Notes under the pieces: generated by a model
What the model was told of the DNA's origin: nothing
Databases searched by the model: none
What the model saw: the letters and a program-made list of their open reading frames with translations, nothing else
Shown here: positions 11,901 to 26,900 of the stretch, in pieces
Numbering within the stretch: position 1 is the stretch's first letter
How the letters are laid out: each line of letters starts with the position of its first letter
Assembly (NCBI RefSeq): GCF_023055435.1
Contig: NW_025964334.1
Location: forward strand, 49,352,001 to 49,416,000
Length of the DNA stretch: 64,000 bases
Reading direction: 5' to 3'
Origin: Haliotis rufescens
Taxonomy: Eukaryota
Translations under genes and position numbers: made by a program

Positions 11901-14900
11901 GTGAACACCGCAGACATTTATGTGTGAATACCGTAGAGAGTTATGTGTGAACACCGCAGACATTTATGTGTGAATGTCGTTGAGATCTATGTGTGAATGG
12001 CGTAGAGAGTTATGTGTGAATGCCGTAGAGAGTTATATGTGAATACCATACTTTTAGAGAGAAAATACCGGTCTGCCTATTCCAGGCTCGATTATATACA
12101 GATCGACACAACATTGCAAATAATCCTTGAATGAGCGCATTAATATATTACGCCACACAAGCTGAGCGATTTGTCAGTCGGACAGTGACAAGTAGTATAG
12201 TTTCAACTGAAATTTGTGTTTCAGACAGTGGCCGGCTTAACTGCCATATTTACAAAGATTAACATTTTTTAAAGGTAATTTTTCAGCACAAAATAACTTT
12301 GGTGGTATCGTATTTCGTGGCAATCCATAAACGTTTGTTTAGAGTCTAACTGGTTATATTACATTGTTATAACGTTACGAAATGCAGTCAGGTGTCCCAC
12401 AAAGCGACAAAATGAAACAAAGTAAGATGTCGGACTTGTTTCGGCCAAATCCAAATATTTTAAAATAGGGAAAAGACCCCATTGCTTCTTTTGTATATAC
12501 TGTGATGCCCACACTTGTAAAATTTTGATAACGATAACAATTATCCGAGTAATTTGTCCCCGATGATCATATCGGACACGATAGCCTTTAGACAAGGGCG
12601 ATGTCATGTTTATTTGTAAACACTGACGCATTTCATCGTATTCCCGTTGCCTAGATCATGAAGTCAATCACTGAATTGTCTGGTCCAGTCTCGATTATTT
12701 ATCGACCGCCGTCATATAGCTGGAATAATGCTCAGTGCGGCTTAAAGCAAAGAAAAGCAAAGCAAAGCCGGATGATCCATACATGATCGTAACGTTAAAT
12801 CAGCCTAAATTGTTCAGTGCGGTGTTAAGCAAAGCAAAGCAAAGCAAAGCAAAGCAAAGCCGGAAGATCCATAACATGATCGTGACGTTAATTCAGCCTC
12901 AAGTGCTCAGTGCGGCGTATTCATTGTGAATCATGATCACATTTCTGGTAAATGGGATTGTGTGTCTCATTTATCCAGAAAATGGTCCAATGAGTCGACA
13001 GATTTCATACAGCCACTTTACACAAATAAGTGGGAATGGAGACGGTGTCCTTAGTGAATCCCAGAGGTATGGTGGTTACAGATTTTGAGGTGAATCGGGG
13101 ATTCGAACCCACTACCTGTCAAAGGGAAATAACTCTGCAAAGCGCAATATACATGTACACATACATGTACGTGGCTATAAACTGGCCTGTTATTGGTGAT
13201 ATACGAACCCGTAAAGATCTGGGTTAGAATAGGACTTCAGCAACCATCGTTGTCATAAGAGGTGACCATGCTTGTCGTAAGACCCTACTAACGGGATCGG
13301 GTGGTCAGACTCGCTGACTTGGTTGATGCATGTCATTGTATCCCTATTGCGTGGATCGATGCTCCTGTTGTCAATCACTGGTTTGTCGATTATTTGCAGA
13401 CCGCCGTCGTATAGCTAGACTATTGCTGAGTGCGGCGTTAGACAACAAACAAACAAAACAAAAAGTTATCTACCAGTCTCATCAACATCTTCTCACACCG
13501 TCACGTCGAAGGCCCGGGTCCGATTCCCTATAATCTGTAAAGCCCATTTCTCGTGTGACATTGCTAAAATATTCCAAAAGCCGCGTAAAAATAACTCACT
13601 CAAACTCACAATAAAAACATTTTTTAAAACTGTACTAAAATATTTTTAACCAATCCCTGCATGTCTCCACCAAGTAAATACGCTGTTGGCTATATATGTT
13701 CAACGGATTCTCATCCTAGCATTACCGTCGGAACCTTCAAATATTTTTCAAACACTGATGGTTATTCCGACAAAATAATCTCAACCAACCCTATAACATT
13801 ATCGGCAAACAATTGTCATTTGAGATTTCATTTTGAGAAAGCTTTACAGAACTGCTCACTAAACTACATTTAAGTGCACCAGTATACAATTATCGGCAAA
13901 CGATTGTACTTTGAAATTACATTTTAAGAAAGCATGACAGTACTGTTCCTAAATTATATTTAAGTGCCATTTTAGAAGCTGTTGTGTCAATGAAGAAAGA
14001 ATTGACGAGTTGATTTCAATATGGAGATCTTGAAAGACTAAAGAAGTTGAAATCAACAATGTCTGTCTTGCTCCTAATATATCATTAACTATAAGTCAGC
14101 ATGTGTGTATTATACAGCAGAGGACACGGACATCACATGAAAGTCAATGGCATCATATTGACGCCAATACTCGATCTGTCTCCAGGAAGAAACTAACTTG
14201 TCCTTCATCCATGACGGAGACAGAAATCAATGGAAGCTGTCTACTACCTAACTGTAAATGACCAGTGCTGAAATAGCTAATGATGTACCTGAAAGGACAA
14301 ATAATAACAGGTCGACTTAGATACTGAGCTTGACGTGAACAAACCTCGTGAGCCAGGTATAGATTTGTTCTGAGCTCTGTAGAAGGTGTTATTACCGTGG
14401 ACTAATGCATCAGCGTTTTGTAATTTCACGTAGAAATTAGTGGATATGATTTTTAATATCCTTATTGACTTCCGGTGTGAATGGCCGATTTGCTTTCTCT
14501 TATTGCAATCTGCAATCCAATAAAAGGGAACAGTAATATGTCTCGTCTGGTACTGATGAAAGTAGTCTACACTACAGGTTTAAGAGTATCTGTGACCATC
14601 TCTCTCATCTAGTGCTGATGAAAGTAGTCCACACTACAGGTGTAGGAGTATCTGTGACCATCTCTCTCATCTAGTGCTGATGAAAGTAGTTCACACTACA
14701 GGTGTAGGAGTATCTGTGACCATCTCTCTCATCTAGTACCGATGAAAGTAGTCCACACTACAGGTGTAGGAGTATCTGTGACCATCTCTCTCATCTAGTG
14801 CTGATGAAAGTAGTCCACACTACAGGTGTAGGAGTATCTGTGACCATCTCTCTTATCTAGTGCTGATAAAAGTAGTCCACACTACAGGTGTAGGAGTATC

Positions 14901-17900
14901 TGTGACCATCTCTCTCATCTATTACCGATGAAAGTAGTCCACACTACAGGTGTAGGAGTATCTGTTACCATCTCTCTCATATAGTACCGATGAAAGTAGT
15001 CGACACTACAGGTGTAGGAGTATCTGTTACCATCTCTCTCATATAGTACCGATGAAAGTAGTCGACACTACAGGTGTAGGAGTATCTGTGACCATCTCTC
15101 TCATCTAGTGCTGATAAAAGTAGTCCACACTACAGGTGTAGGAGTATCTGTGACCATCTCTCTCATCTAGTACCGATGAAATTAGTCCACACTACAGGTG
15201 TAGGAGTATCTGTGACCATCTCTCTCATCTAGTGCTGATGAAAGTAGTTCACACTACAGGTGTAGGAGTATCTACGACCATCTCTCTCATCTAGTGCTGA
15301 TGAAAGTAGTTCACACTACAGGTGTAGGGGTATCTGTGACGGTGACCATCTCTCTCATCTAGTGCTGATGAAAAAAGGTCACACTACAGGTGTAGGAGTA
15401 TCTGTGACCATCTCTCTCATCTAGTACTGACAAAGGTAGTCCACACTTCAGATTCCGCGAGTGACACAGTAATCTATACATACCTTTACATATATCAATA
15501 GGCCTCCCTTGTCTTCCTCTTAAAACATTGATCCGTAAACTCCTGACGCGATGTCAGGAGTGTATTCGATAACACAGATGTACATCAGATTTCAAAACAC
15601 ATTATATTTACTTCCTACTTAAACTGCAAAAGTGGCATGTGATAGCAAACATCACATACAACTGGTTACTGAACTGGCCTTGAGAACTGAAATGGTGATA
15701 TTGACATAATCGGTCTGATTGTACGTTTTGTTGTGGTAATTAATAATTAAATATTGATAGCTTCATTGTAAATACATGGCACATCACGTAAGTCTGAACA
15801 CATCTGATATTCAACCAGCAGAAGAACTATCGTATAGAATCGAGTCTTTTATACCCATTACAATGTCTCAGTCATTGCCATTGAAGACACACAAGGCAGG
15901 AGACTGGAGTCAGCGCACTGCCTATTAATTCTCACATTTTTAGTTTAGCTAGTATTACACAATGTAGCTGGCTCCGGGAGTGAAATGACATGCTTAAACA
16001 TCACACAGATTCTAAACAAAATAATGAATACATTGATCATGAACATACAGCCTTTACTTGTAGGCCCTTTCCATTTGTCGTGTATACATGGTGGATTTTA
16101 TATTTCTTTTATGAACGTTGTTGTTTTCATCAGGTGTTGCTAGACAACGTAAATACTGACATTCAAATAATGACCAGGAGTGAGTGAGTTGGGTTTAACG
16201 CCGCTTTTAACAGTATTCCAGTTATATCGCGGCGTGTCAGCTTAATGTGGGAGGAAAGCTCGAAGTGATGCAGGTCTCAGACGTTTACCACTGCTGTGAA
16301 ACCCACGAGCACGGGTATGGTGCTGACAAACCTAGAAACATAATCGGGGCGAAGCGGGATTCGAACCCACAATCATAGGTTTCTGGCGTGCCCAAGGGAC
16401 GCAACTCTGCACAGCGAATCGCGGCGCCTTAGACAACTGGGCCACCCGTGCCCGCTAATGACCAATACTTGACATGGTATTACATATAAAACAGAGAATA
16501 ACCAGTCTCAATTATCCCCCGAAACTGGTTACAATTGGCATAAAAAGCAAATAGCGGTGACAAGTATATGAACGGATCACTGAACATCAATGAGGACACC
16601 GGGTGTTCGGGAAGGGTAAGCGTGTCCTGCTCTACCGGTAGCACCCGCCACCCACACAGTATGCATAAAAAGGTAAGTGTTTGTTGCCTGATGCCGCACA
16701 GCAGTACTCCTGAACACAAACCAGACAATCAAGTGATCGATGAACCAGAAATGTCATTGATATGATAGGTTATGTATTGATTTTGTTGAAACTAAAACGA
16801 TATGTTAATTTTTGGAGCAAGGCTGCTGTGTATAAGTGCAGAGATTCTACTGCTTATAAGTAAAAGTGTCTGCCACAAATCAGGCTCATTGTTTTAACTG
16901 AAGACATGTCTGGTTTTGTGTCTGTGACTGAATAATATCTCGTCTCGATAGAACACCCCCCCCCCCCCCCCCCCCCCTCTATACCATCAAATAATCAGTT
17001 CCAACATGAATATTTTTGTCACATCTGAACACATTTCCCAATTTCTGCCGGGTGACGTGATATGTGAATACAATGAGGATCGGATGGTCCTGTTCTTCAC
17101 GTGTTTCCCTGAGTTGTGAGAGGGCTTTAATATTCCCAACACCATTCTATAACAATCCACTCTCTTCTCACTTCGAGCAGCACTTTACCCAGGAATATAT
17201 CTCTCTTTGCACGGATGTTTTGTGGAGCTTCTGAATCCATTACGAAAGAGGAACGGACATGTCTCCAGGTTGTAGAGTTAAGCCAATGTGAATGAGTGAG
17301 TCTGGTTTTACGCCGTTTCTAACTAAATTCAAGATATAACAAGGCGGGGACACAAGAAATTGGCTTCAAACATTGAGCCCATGGGTAATCGAACCCGGGT
17401 CTTCGGCGTGACGAGCGAACGCTTTAGTCTAGGCTACCCCACCGCCCAAAGGTTAAGCCAAAAGTAACTGAAGCGTGTTAGTAATGATATTGTTGACTGC
17501 GTTGTTAAAACAACATTCATCCACTCACTCCCTCACCAAGCAGCATTTTATCACCACTGCCGATCTGTAATTGATAATATTGTTGACTGCGGCGATAAAA
17601 CGCATTGATCCACTCACTCACCCCCTTGAAGCCGCCCACAGCAGTCTGTATGTAATTATAAGTAATAGTTCTCTCGATTATCTGTCAATGAGACTGCAAT
17701 GCGACGAAGCACACACAATAGGTCAAAAATAGCGGATGGCTTATTCAGCCCGTTTGGTCATCCTCGCTGCTAAAAGGGTCGAAACAAAAGGAAGTTCAAT
17801 TTGATAGGTTCTTTAACCGATATACCACCGTGTCATGGATCCATTGTGTCTCCAAACTGACGTTGTCATCTGCATTGTACTCCTTTTGTATACCCATCTG

Positions 17901-20900
17901 CCTGTCAGCAGATTTGTGTCTCATTTGCTACATATTCCGTTTGTTAAGCAGCTGAGAAAGGATTAGCTGGCCATCGCTTGGCTATTAGTGGTAATGTGAT
18001 ACTGTGATGTTACGTTTGCAATAGGATGGTCAAGATTAGATTTTGGAGAGACAATTTTGAAATATTGTATTTTCTGTTTCAATCCGAACACAAACACAAC
18101 GTGAGAATAATCCAGAGAAACTGTCAATGTGTCTTTTGTTGGCAAATAATATTTTGGATACACAAAAAGCACAAGTCTCTGAACATTTAAAACCTATTCA
18201 AATATCCGGACGTCAATAAGTAGACGTTTCCGCGACATGTTTCTCATCTGTTGTTTCATTCAACTACAAATGCTTATTCCATTATTCCATCGTGAAGACC
18301 CGGGTTATATTTGATCTCCAACAGCCTTGCTTGTCGTAAGATCCAACTAACTGGATCGGGGGGTCAGGCTCGGTGACTCGGTTGATGCATGTCATGGTAT
18401 CCCAATTGCGTAATTCGATGCTCATGCTGTCAATCACTGGATTGTCAGGTCCAAAATAGATTTTTTACGGACCGCCGTCATAAAACTGGAATATTGCTCA
18501 GTGCGGCATCTAACAAACAAAGAAATATTTCCTTCACAATCTGCCAGGTAAGAAACCGGGTATTGGATATGTATTCATCCATGCCCTATGTTTGTTTCAA
18601 GGTGTGTACAGTCATACCAGTCTCGATTCTCTGCCCAAATAGGTTCCATTGGGTGTACAAAGTCAAAAATAATAAAAATGATATGAATGAACCAATGAAT
18701 GACAGGTATTCGGAAATGGGACGATAAGTGGAAATAAAAGCGACAAAATCCTTTCCACATCCACAAGTCGATTTACGATTCCGACCACATCATTGATATT
18801 GATACAAGGTGTTCGCGGAAAGGTGAGCGTATCCTGCCCCACCGGTGACACCCGTCACAAACACATGCAAAGGCGAAACACGGGAACATATGGTACAAGT
18901 CCATATAGGGAATAGCATCGGACATCATTTTTAGAAATCCATTGTTCATTATGTATCTGTTTGTTGTCTTTGAAGGTATACTGAACACAAAATCGTCAGG
19001 GATCATGACATTTTTTTGGGATTTTGTTTGGAGTGAACAATTAGAACTCAATTTCATAAATATATCCCAAAAAATATTCATTATCCCTAATGTTTTGTTT
19101 TGAGTCCGTGATACATGACACGTGTCAACATGATGCGCGAGTCCATCCCATGTCGTCATGTACATGGCTTTTTTAAACCTCCTTACTCTGCTGCCGGAGG
19201 GGCGTTAGGGTACTCTTGTGGTTAAAGCGTTCGCTCGTCACGCTGAAGACATGTGTTCGATTCCCGACATGGGTACAATGTGTGAAGCCCATTTCTGGTG
19301 TCCCCAGCCGTGATATTGCTGGAATATTCCTAAAAGCGGCGTAAAACTTCCCCCCACTCACTACTGCCGGTAGAATGGGATATTGCTTTACTGGAATTTC
19401 CGATTTTCAGAGACCCATTCCTATTATTTTACCCTTAACGCTATATCGAATCTGTGTCGGCAGATATCCGAAGATGATTATTCTGTGGCTTTGACATTTC
19501 GAATTTCAAAAAGCATTATTCTTTTGAAATATGAACGCCTTGAAATTTTCATGTCTCAGTCTGTTTGATGATAAGAACGAGACAGCAAGACATACCCAGT
19601 GTTACCTCGGTACGTTGAACCACGACGAAGTGTCAAATGGCAATGAGAATCAATTGACTATTCTTAAATAGTTAAAGTTGAAGGCCATCGGGTCAAAGAA
19701 AACGGAAATAAAATGTTACTTTATCAGCACACTTAAGGAACTTTCATTCAGGATTCCTTGTGTATTTTGTCTCTAAACGCGGTGATCATAGTTATAGTTA
19801 CATTTCTATCTTTGCGTATATGACAGTTAGGCAAGACGTGGACATCCCATGGACGCCAATAGAATTTCCCTCCTAGCTGATCTTTTTTTTAGATATATGA
19901 GTCTTGAGGACTGGTAAAATCAAAAAAGGGAATTTGAATAAGTGAAACAAAACGACAAAAATAAAATCCTAAATATTTCATTTCAATTGTAATTTTGTTT
20001 TCTCTTCACAGGCGTGGCGGCTGATCTGTTTTACAAGGAAAATATCATTGCTCTGATTGGTCCGGCTTGTGCATATGCTTTGGATGGCGTCGCGCGATTG
20101 GCTGGCTTCTGGAACATCCCCATAATAACAGGTAAAATTGGATCATGTGAAGATAGCTGTTCTTACATTATTTTCAGCCTTGTAACGTTTTGATAACGTT
20201 TTTGTAATGTTTTATTCAAACCCAATGTTCAAGTGTATACTTTCTTTTGCCCGGCAGTGTACACTATTGTTGTATGTCGCGTGAAATATCATGTATTTAC
20301 TCTCTTTCAATGCCTAATGGGTGATCATAGCTTAATGTTCACATCGCACTCAAGTAAGACGAAGAACCAGCTTTAATCCCTTACATTGCTACGACGTGTG
20401 ACGTCCATCCCGGATGTCCCCTTGGCATGATACTAATATGCTAAAAGCCATTTTCTCACTCAATCGATCCGGGTTGTAATTAGAAGGGTGAATACTGATG
20501 ATAAGTTACTAAGATATTCATTTCTTTTGTAATGCAGGTGTACCGAATACCTCATTCTCCATAATAGAATCCATTGCGTTTTTAATCAATATTACATCCA
20601 GCTATTGTGATTGCGGGATGCGAAAACAGACAGTGCGTCCCAATGGAAACTTCAATTGGAGCATTTCATTAATAATTCAAAAACAATTTCCTCTTCGTTG
20701 TTGTTCATTCAACACTGTTTATTACCCAATGGAAAGAACAACATGTTGGCTGATGCATGTTCGTGGTCATGAAGTCATATACAGGTAAAGCTTTACACGG
20801 TTGTACCTCAGACAGGTTGGTCTTACTTGTTACTGTTCTTAACAGACAAGCTGAAACTGTGGTTTCTACAAGTCACGTTCAAGTTACATTTAAGTCGGTT

Positions 20901-23900
20901 ATTAATATCACTTATTGCAGTAAAAGTCAGTTACACATAACAACATACAATTCATTAACAAGTCCCATTCAAGACACTTACAAATACCATTCTGTCAGTT
21001 TCAAGTCAGTTACACGTCACATACAAGTCAGATTCAAGTCATATTCAAGTCAATTACAAAACACTTTCAAGTTGGTTACAAGTCACATACAATTTAGCTA
21101 CAAGTCAGTTACAAGTAACATACAAGTCGCATACCAGTCAGTTACATGTCCGTTACAAGTCAGTTACAAGTAACATACGACTTAGCTTCAAGTCAGTGAC
21201 AAGTAACATACAAGTCGCACACCAGTCAATTACATGTCCGTTACAAGTCAGTTACAAGTTAGTTACATGACAGTTACAAGTCCAATTCAAGACACTTACA
21301 AATACCATTCTTGTCAGTTTCAAGTCAGTTACACGTCACATACAAGTCAGATTCAAGTCATATTCAAGTCAATTACAAAACACATTCAAGTTGGTTACAA
21401 GTCACATACAATTTAGCTACAAGTCAGTTACAAGTAACATACAAGTCGCATACCAGTCAGTTACATGTCCGTTACAAGTCAGTTACAAGTAACATACGAC
21501 TTAGCTTCAAGTCAGTTACAAGTAACATACAAGTCGCATACCAGTCAGTTACATGTCCGTTACAAGTCAGTTACAAGTAACATACGACTTAGCTTCAAGT
21601 CAGTTACAAGTAACATACAAGTCGCATACCAGTCAGTTACATGTCCGTTACAAGTCAGTTACAAGTTAGTTATATGACAGTTACAAGTCACATACAAGTT
21701 AGTTGCAAGTCACATACAAGTCAGTTACAAGTCACATACAAGTTAGTTACATGACTGTTACAAGTCACATACAAGTCAGTTACAAGTCACATACAAGTTA
21801 GTTACTTGACAGTAACAAGTAACATACAAGTTGCATACCAGTCAGTTACATGTCAGTTACAATTAAAATACAAGTCAGTTACATGACAGTTACAAGTCAC
21901 ATACAATTTAGTTACATGACAGTTACAAGTCATATACAAGTTAGTTACAAGTCACATAGAAGTCAGTTACAAGTCAAATACAAGTTAGTTACATGACAGT
22001 TACAAGTCACATACAAGTTAGTTACAAGTCAGTTACACAAGTACTATGTATGTCAGTTACATGTCACATACAAGTTAGTTACAAGTAACATACAAGTTGC
22101 ATACCAGTCAGTTACATGTCAGTTACAAGTCACAAACATGTTAGTTACATGACAGTTACAAGTCACATACAAGTTAGTTACAAGTCACATAGAAGTTAGT
22201 TACAAGTACTATGTATGTCAGTTACATGTCACATACAAGTCACATATAAGTCAGTTACAAGTTCCATACAAGTCACATGCACGCCGTGACATATGTTTAC
22301 TATCCCGTTAAATATTGCCAACTATGGCGAAAAGGCATTCTCACCGTGAAAACATGAAATAGAGAACTGCCACGGACATCAATTTTGTCCCTAATGCGTT
22401 AAAATTGGAAATGTCCACCACATGTCTGCTTTAAAACCTTTTGAAAGCTTTACTGAGGCCTTGAATGTTGTAACCCTAATCAAACAGCTTTTGAACAAGA
22501 GTCGTATGATGTGGATATATGCCTACATATTCTATTTGTACTTTACTTTAATGATGTATCATCTCTAGTCAAAATTTTATCGAAAAAATATATTGTCCCC
22601 GCAGAATGTTTTTATTAGACTACATAATGTTGGGAAAATATGAAATTGTCTGTCAAAAACATTACATTGTTGTAATGTAGTTTTTAGACATTTTTTTTTT
22701 TAGCTCACAGGTTGAATTACAAAACTGTCTGGGTTTGCAGCTGTAGTTGAAAAAAGAAATCTGGTCGAAATTCCAAATGTTTATTTGTTTCCTTTATATT
22801 AACGAAATTGGAAAGTTCTCGTGTCACTATGACTGATTGTCCGGAACAGCCATTGTTTGCACTGTTAGGGTGTGACGCTACATGTTTGTCTGACAAACTC
22901 AGCTCGTCAGATTTTCTTACACTTTACATACCATTCCAACACGTTAAAACTGGCTTCAGTTTAGTTGTACCAAATATTTAAAAAAAATTGTTTTTCAGCT
23001 AGTATTGATTTTCCTTTTAAAGAAAAAAGTAATCTCGTTTACTCCGAGATGCTATGAAATTCGTCTGAACACGCATGAAAAAGCTTTCTTGGAGCAATCG
23101 TTTTTTTCATTCTTGTTGATGTTATGAGCAAGTCGTTAAATGCGCATCTATCTTACTTAAAGTCAGACGAGTAGTCTAATTATCCTTTTAGTCAAAGATG
23201 TTCCTGAACAAATTACAATTGTTTGTTTTTTGAACATTGGACGTGTATATGACATTTCGATTGTAACACACGCATTCAGATCCTAATGATATTTTCCTGC
23301 TTCTCAGTTATTAATGGGACTATTTGCCTTAAGGCATAACATATGGTGAAGCGGTCTTTAAGCACGGATAGAAAAATACAACAGAGCTACAGAAGAGAAT
23401 GGCAATACACTCTTGCAAAATGGAAAATTGATTTTTTTACCCACAGTAGCAAATGTCATTATTGCTTAGGCGTATTCTAAACTAGCCTCATAATTTCAAT
23501 ATCATGTTTCAGATCAATTTTCTTCCATTTTTTTAGGATTTTTCAGGTTTTAGTCAAAATACAAAATGGGCGTTGTAGATTAACTGTATGACCAAATGGG
23601 AAAACAGAAGTACTTGTTACTTTTTTAAATGAATATGATTATTGAAAAGAGTTTTAAGGACCTAAAGAAACTATCAATACATGACTGTTATATTGTCAGT
23701 CAGTCTTTTAAAAAGGCGCTTTGTATATGTTTTCTTTCCTTTTATAAAGATATATAAGTATGGTGAGTACCTTAAATAGTATTCAGATATACTTTCATTG
23801 TCAGCTTCCATTACATGTATGAAAGAATACTATCAGTCATAAAGCAAAGAACATATTTATGAATACGACAGTTGAAAAACCTGGCGGGATAGGAGCCTGC

Positions 23901-26900
23901 AACCTTTTGATTCGTTGTCTTTCACGTTACCACCTGTGCTGCAGAGACTTGTCACAAATGCAAATTTTCCTATTCACCATTAAGTTAGCTTGGTTTAGTT
24001 GTACATTTTTATGCTAATATTATATCAAGTTCGTTGTAAGTCCTGGTGGTGTATTTGTTATGCAGGTGCATCTGTAAATTCTTAACATGTTTAAACTCAA
24101 AACATGTTTTAATTGTAAATTTTGAATTCTAAACATGTTTAGAATATGGGAATATGTGTTAAGGTGGTGTTCAGACGATAGCCCATTTCATGTGTGCATA
24201 CCCTAACCGTGTTTAGATCTAAACATGTCGTGTATGTTTTTACATTCTAAACACATTTTCACAGAGAAGTTTTAGCAAATAATATCCTGAATTTACATTT
24301 TGTGTTTCGTGTCCTCTTGGGATTTATTATTTATATTTTTTGCATTTGAAAATTATTGTCACAGTCAAGAAAGTAATTTAGACGTCACACCTCTATAAAC
24401 AGTATTTAAGTTATGTTAAAGCCTGTCAGTTTCATGGAACACAGACCACACTTTTGGAAAACCCACGTGCACAGGTATGGTGCTGACAGACCAAGATCCT
24501 AATCAGGGCGCATCTTGGATTCCAACCTATGACTTGCTTAATGTCTACGCAAAGCTCAGGCACGGAACCCCGTCCACCTTGACTACTGAGCTACCAGCAC
24601 CTCCTGACATGACACCCGCCCGCACTCACTCACTTTCATTAGGATCCTTGGTCTGTTCAGAACCATAACCTGATTTAACCAAAGTGATGAACCTCTTCGA
24701 TCTGCGTAGAGATGCTCCTTCCGTAACACGCTGACACTCTGTGGTGCATCTAAAATGCCGTCAGGTGGCATTAACCCTAACTCGCTCACATTCATAAACT
24801 TCATGTATTCAATGGAATAACAAACACTTTCAGAATATGCGCCATTGCTTGTGTCACACATGACATATGCCATGCCTCTGTATGAGGTTACCAGGCTAAT
24901 GGTCCAATCAATACTGATGATTTTGTCCTTACGATCTCCCATTCAATCAAAAACGTACTGGATGTACATACGCACGCACGTGAACACATCCATTATCTGA
25001 TGTGTATCTTGTGTAAGGATTATAATCACGAATATCTACGATAATAACCACGCCCTAGATCCACAAAGCTATTTTAACTCCACGACTGGCCTACATTAAA
25101 ATATACGAGTTGTAACCTCAGCGTTAAGATCGTTCGTGGGACGAAGACACTGGAGCAGATCAGGGTGCTGAAGCACAAAGCGATCCTTGCGCTTGGGTGA
25201 TCGTACCCCACACATTAATAGACTTAGACAGTCGTAGCGCTAAGTTTGTTACTTGTACAACGAGACTACGGTTCTACAAACCGATCGTAGAAAAACTAGC
25301 ATCGTGAATATGTCATATGTATTATGAGTTACGAGAACTACGACAGTCGAAGCTTTGATCGCTTTGTTGAAGGATTCCTGGTTTATTACAGATCAAGTTC
25401 GACATGCGATAGTACTTACAAAGTACAATGACGAACGTCCATGTTAAAGTATGGCACTTACGACAATCGTAAGGCGTGGAACGACGACTGTAAACATAAA
25501 TTGTCAATGCAAGAGAATAACCGGTATATATTATCCGCCGAATCAGATTAAAACTTGATGCAAGGGCAACATAGCTGTGAACATTATATGGATGGACCAC
25601 TGAGAATCAGTGAAGACACCAGGTGTTCACATACTTCAACATAGACTTACGATAGTCGTCGCATTAAGATCGCTTTGTGCAAGTGGGCCCTGGAGCGAGA
25701 CAGGAAGTGTTACAAAGTGGCCTGATCCTCTTGCGATTTCTGTTGTATGTGATATACATGTAACTGTCATGGCTTTCACGTCTGATCGTTCATGTCAATC
25801 CTTGAAACAAGATATCATCTTCCCGAGGAAAGGGAGTTAATTGACTTTAAAAGTCCAGTTTCCTGCCTTGTCGAACTGGGCTGGAATTATGGAGTTATAT
25901 TTTGGCTGGACTAACGAGTCTATGCATAGTCCAATAAAACCGCGTAACGAAATCGACATCCGGTTCGTAAACTGCCGTGCAGATTCGATCGATTGCAGGG
26001 TTTACAAAGCATCTGTACCGCCAACTCGGCGTCAACAGATATTTTCATAATCTGTTCATGTTATAAATCATGGGCTCACGTGATTTGATGTACTTCGTGG
26101 AATAAGATCCGTTTTATCACAATATAGATTTTGATTATCGACCAGATCGTCTTGATTGGGCGCCGCCATTTTGTTTGAAGCAAATGCATGTGATATGAGA
26201 GGTGGTATCTGATTGGTCAATATGAGGGAGATAGAAGGGGCATGACTCGAAGTAGCCGCTGGTTGCGCCTCGATCGAGCCAAGCAATTCCACTCTACTTC
26301 GGCAAGGGTGGAAACTGGACTTTTATGGTCAGTTAACTCCCTTGCCTGGGGAAGATGCAGATGAATCTTGAGCATATGTGTATTGACAGGCAAAGCGACA
26401 TTAGGAAGTTTATAAGCACATGAATTTGCCTGTATGACAGACACCATACTTATTAGCGACAGGTATTTTTGAAATATCTTTTTTACACACATGCTGTTAT
26501 TGTTTTTACGGACTGTTCACGTATGGGTAAGAGTGACTGAGTGAGTATGGTTTTTACGCAGCTTTCAGTAATATTCCAGCAATATCACGGCGGGGGACAC
26601 CAGAAATGGGTTTCACTCACGGAACACATGTTGGGAATCGAACCCGGGTCTTCGCCGTGACGCGCGAACGCTTTAACCACTAGGCTACCCGATCGCCCTG
26701 TATGCGTAAGAACACGTTAATCTTTTCAAGGTCCATGATGGTCTCTAGAAGTTGTATGACGAGGTTTTAGGGGTAATTAATGTTTCAGTGCAATTTCTAC
26801 TACTAATGGCAAAAAAGAAGGTATTTATTTAAAAAGAGACGAGGTTGCATGGAGGCATCCCAAATTTTAAATTTACGAAAAACGTGGAAATATGAATATT

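Noticed and set aside
13975-14450. Possible decayed coding sequence in intron 1
   Set aside because: No recognisable motif and no sustained reading frame.
14549-15448. CRISPR-like or hammerhead-like array (CTGATGA plus gtagt/actac hairpin)
   Set aside because: There are no unique spacers and the context is eukaryotic. The hairpin is followed by aggt rather than the required GAAA.
20757-21677. Thr/Ser/Val-rich ORFs in intron 2; likewise the ORFs at 34505-35689
   Set aside because: They are translations of tandem repeats.
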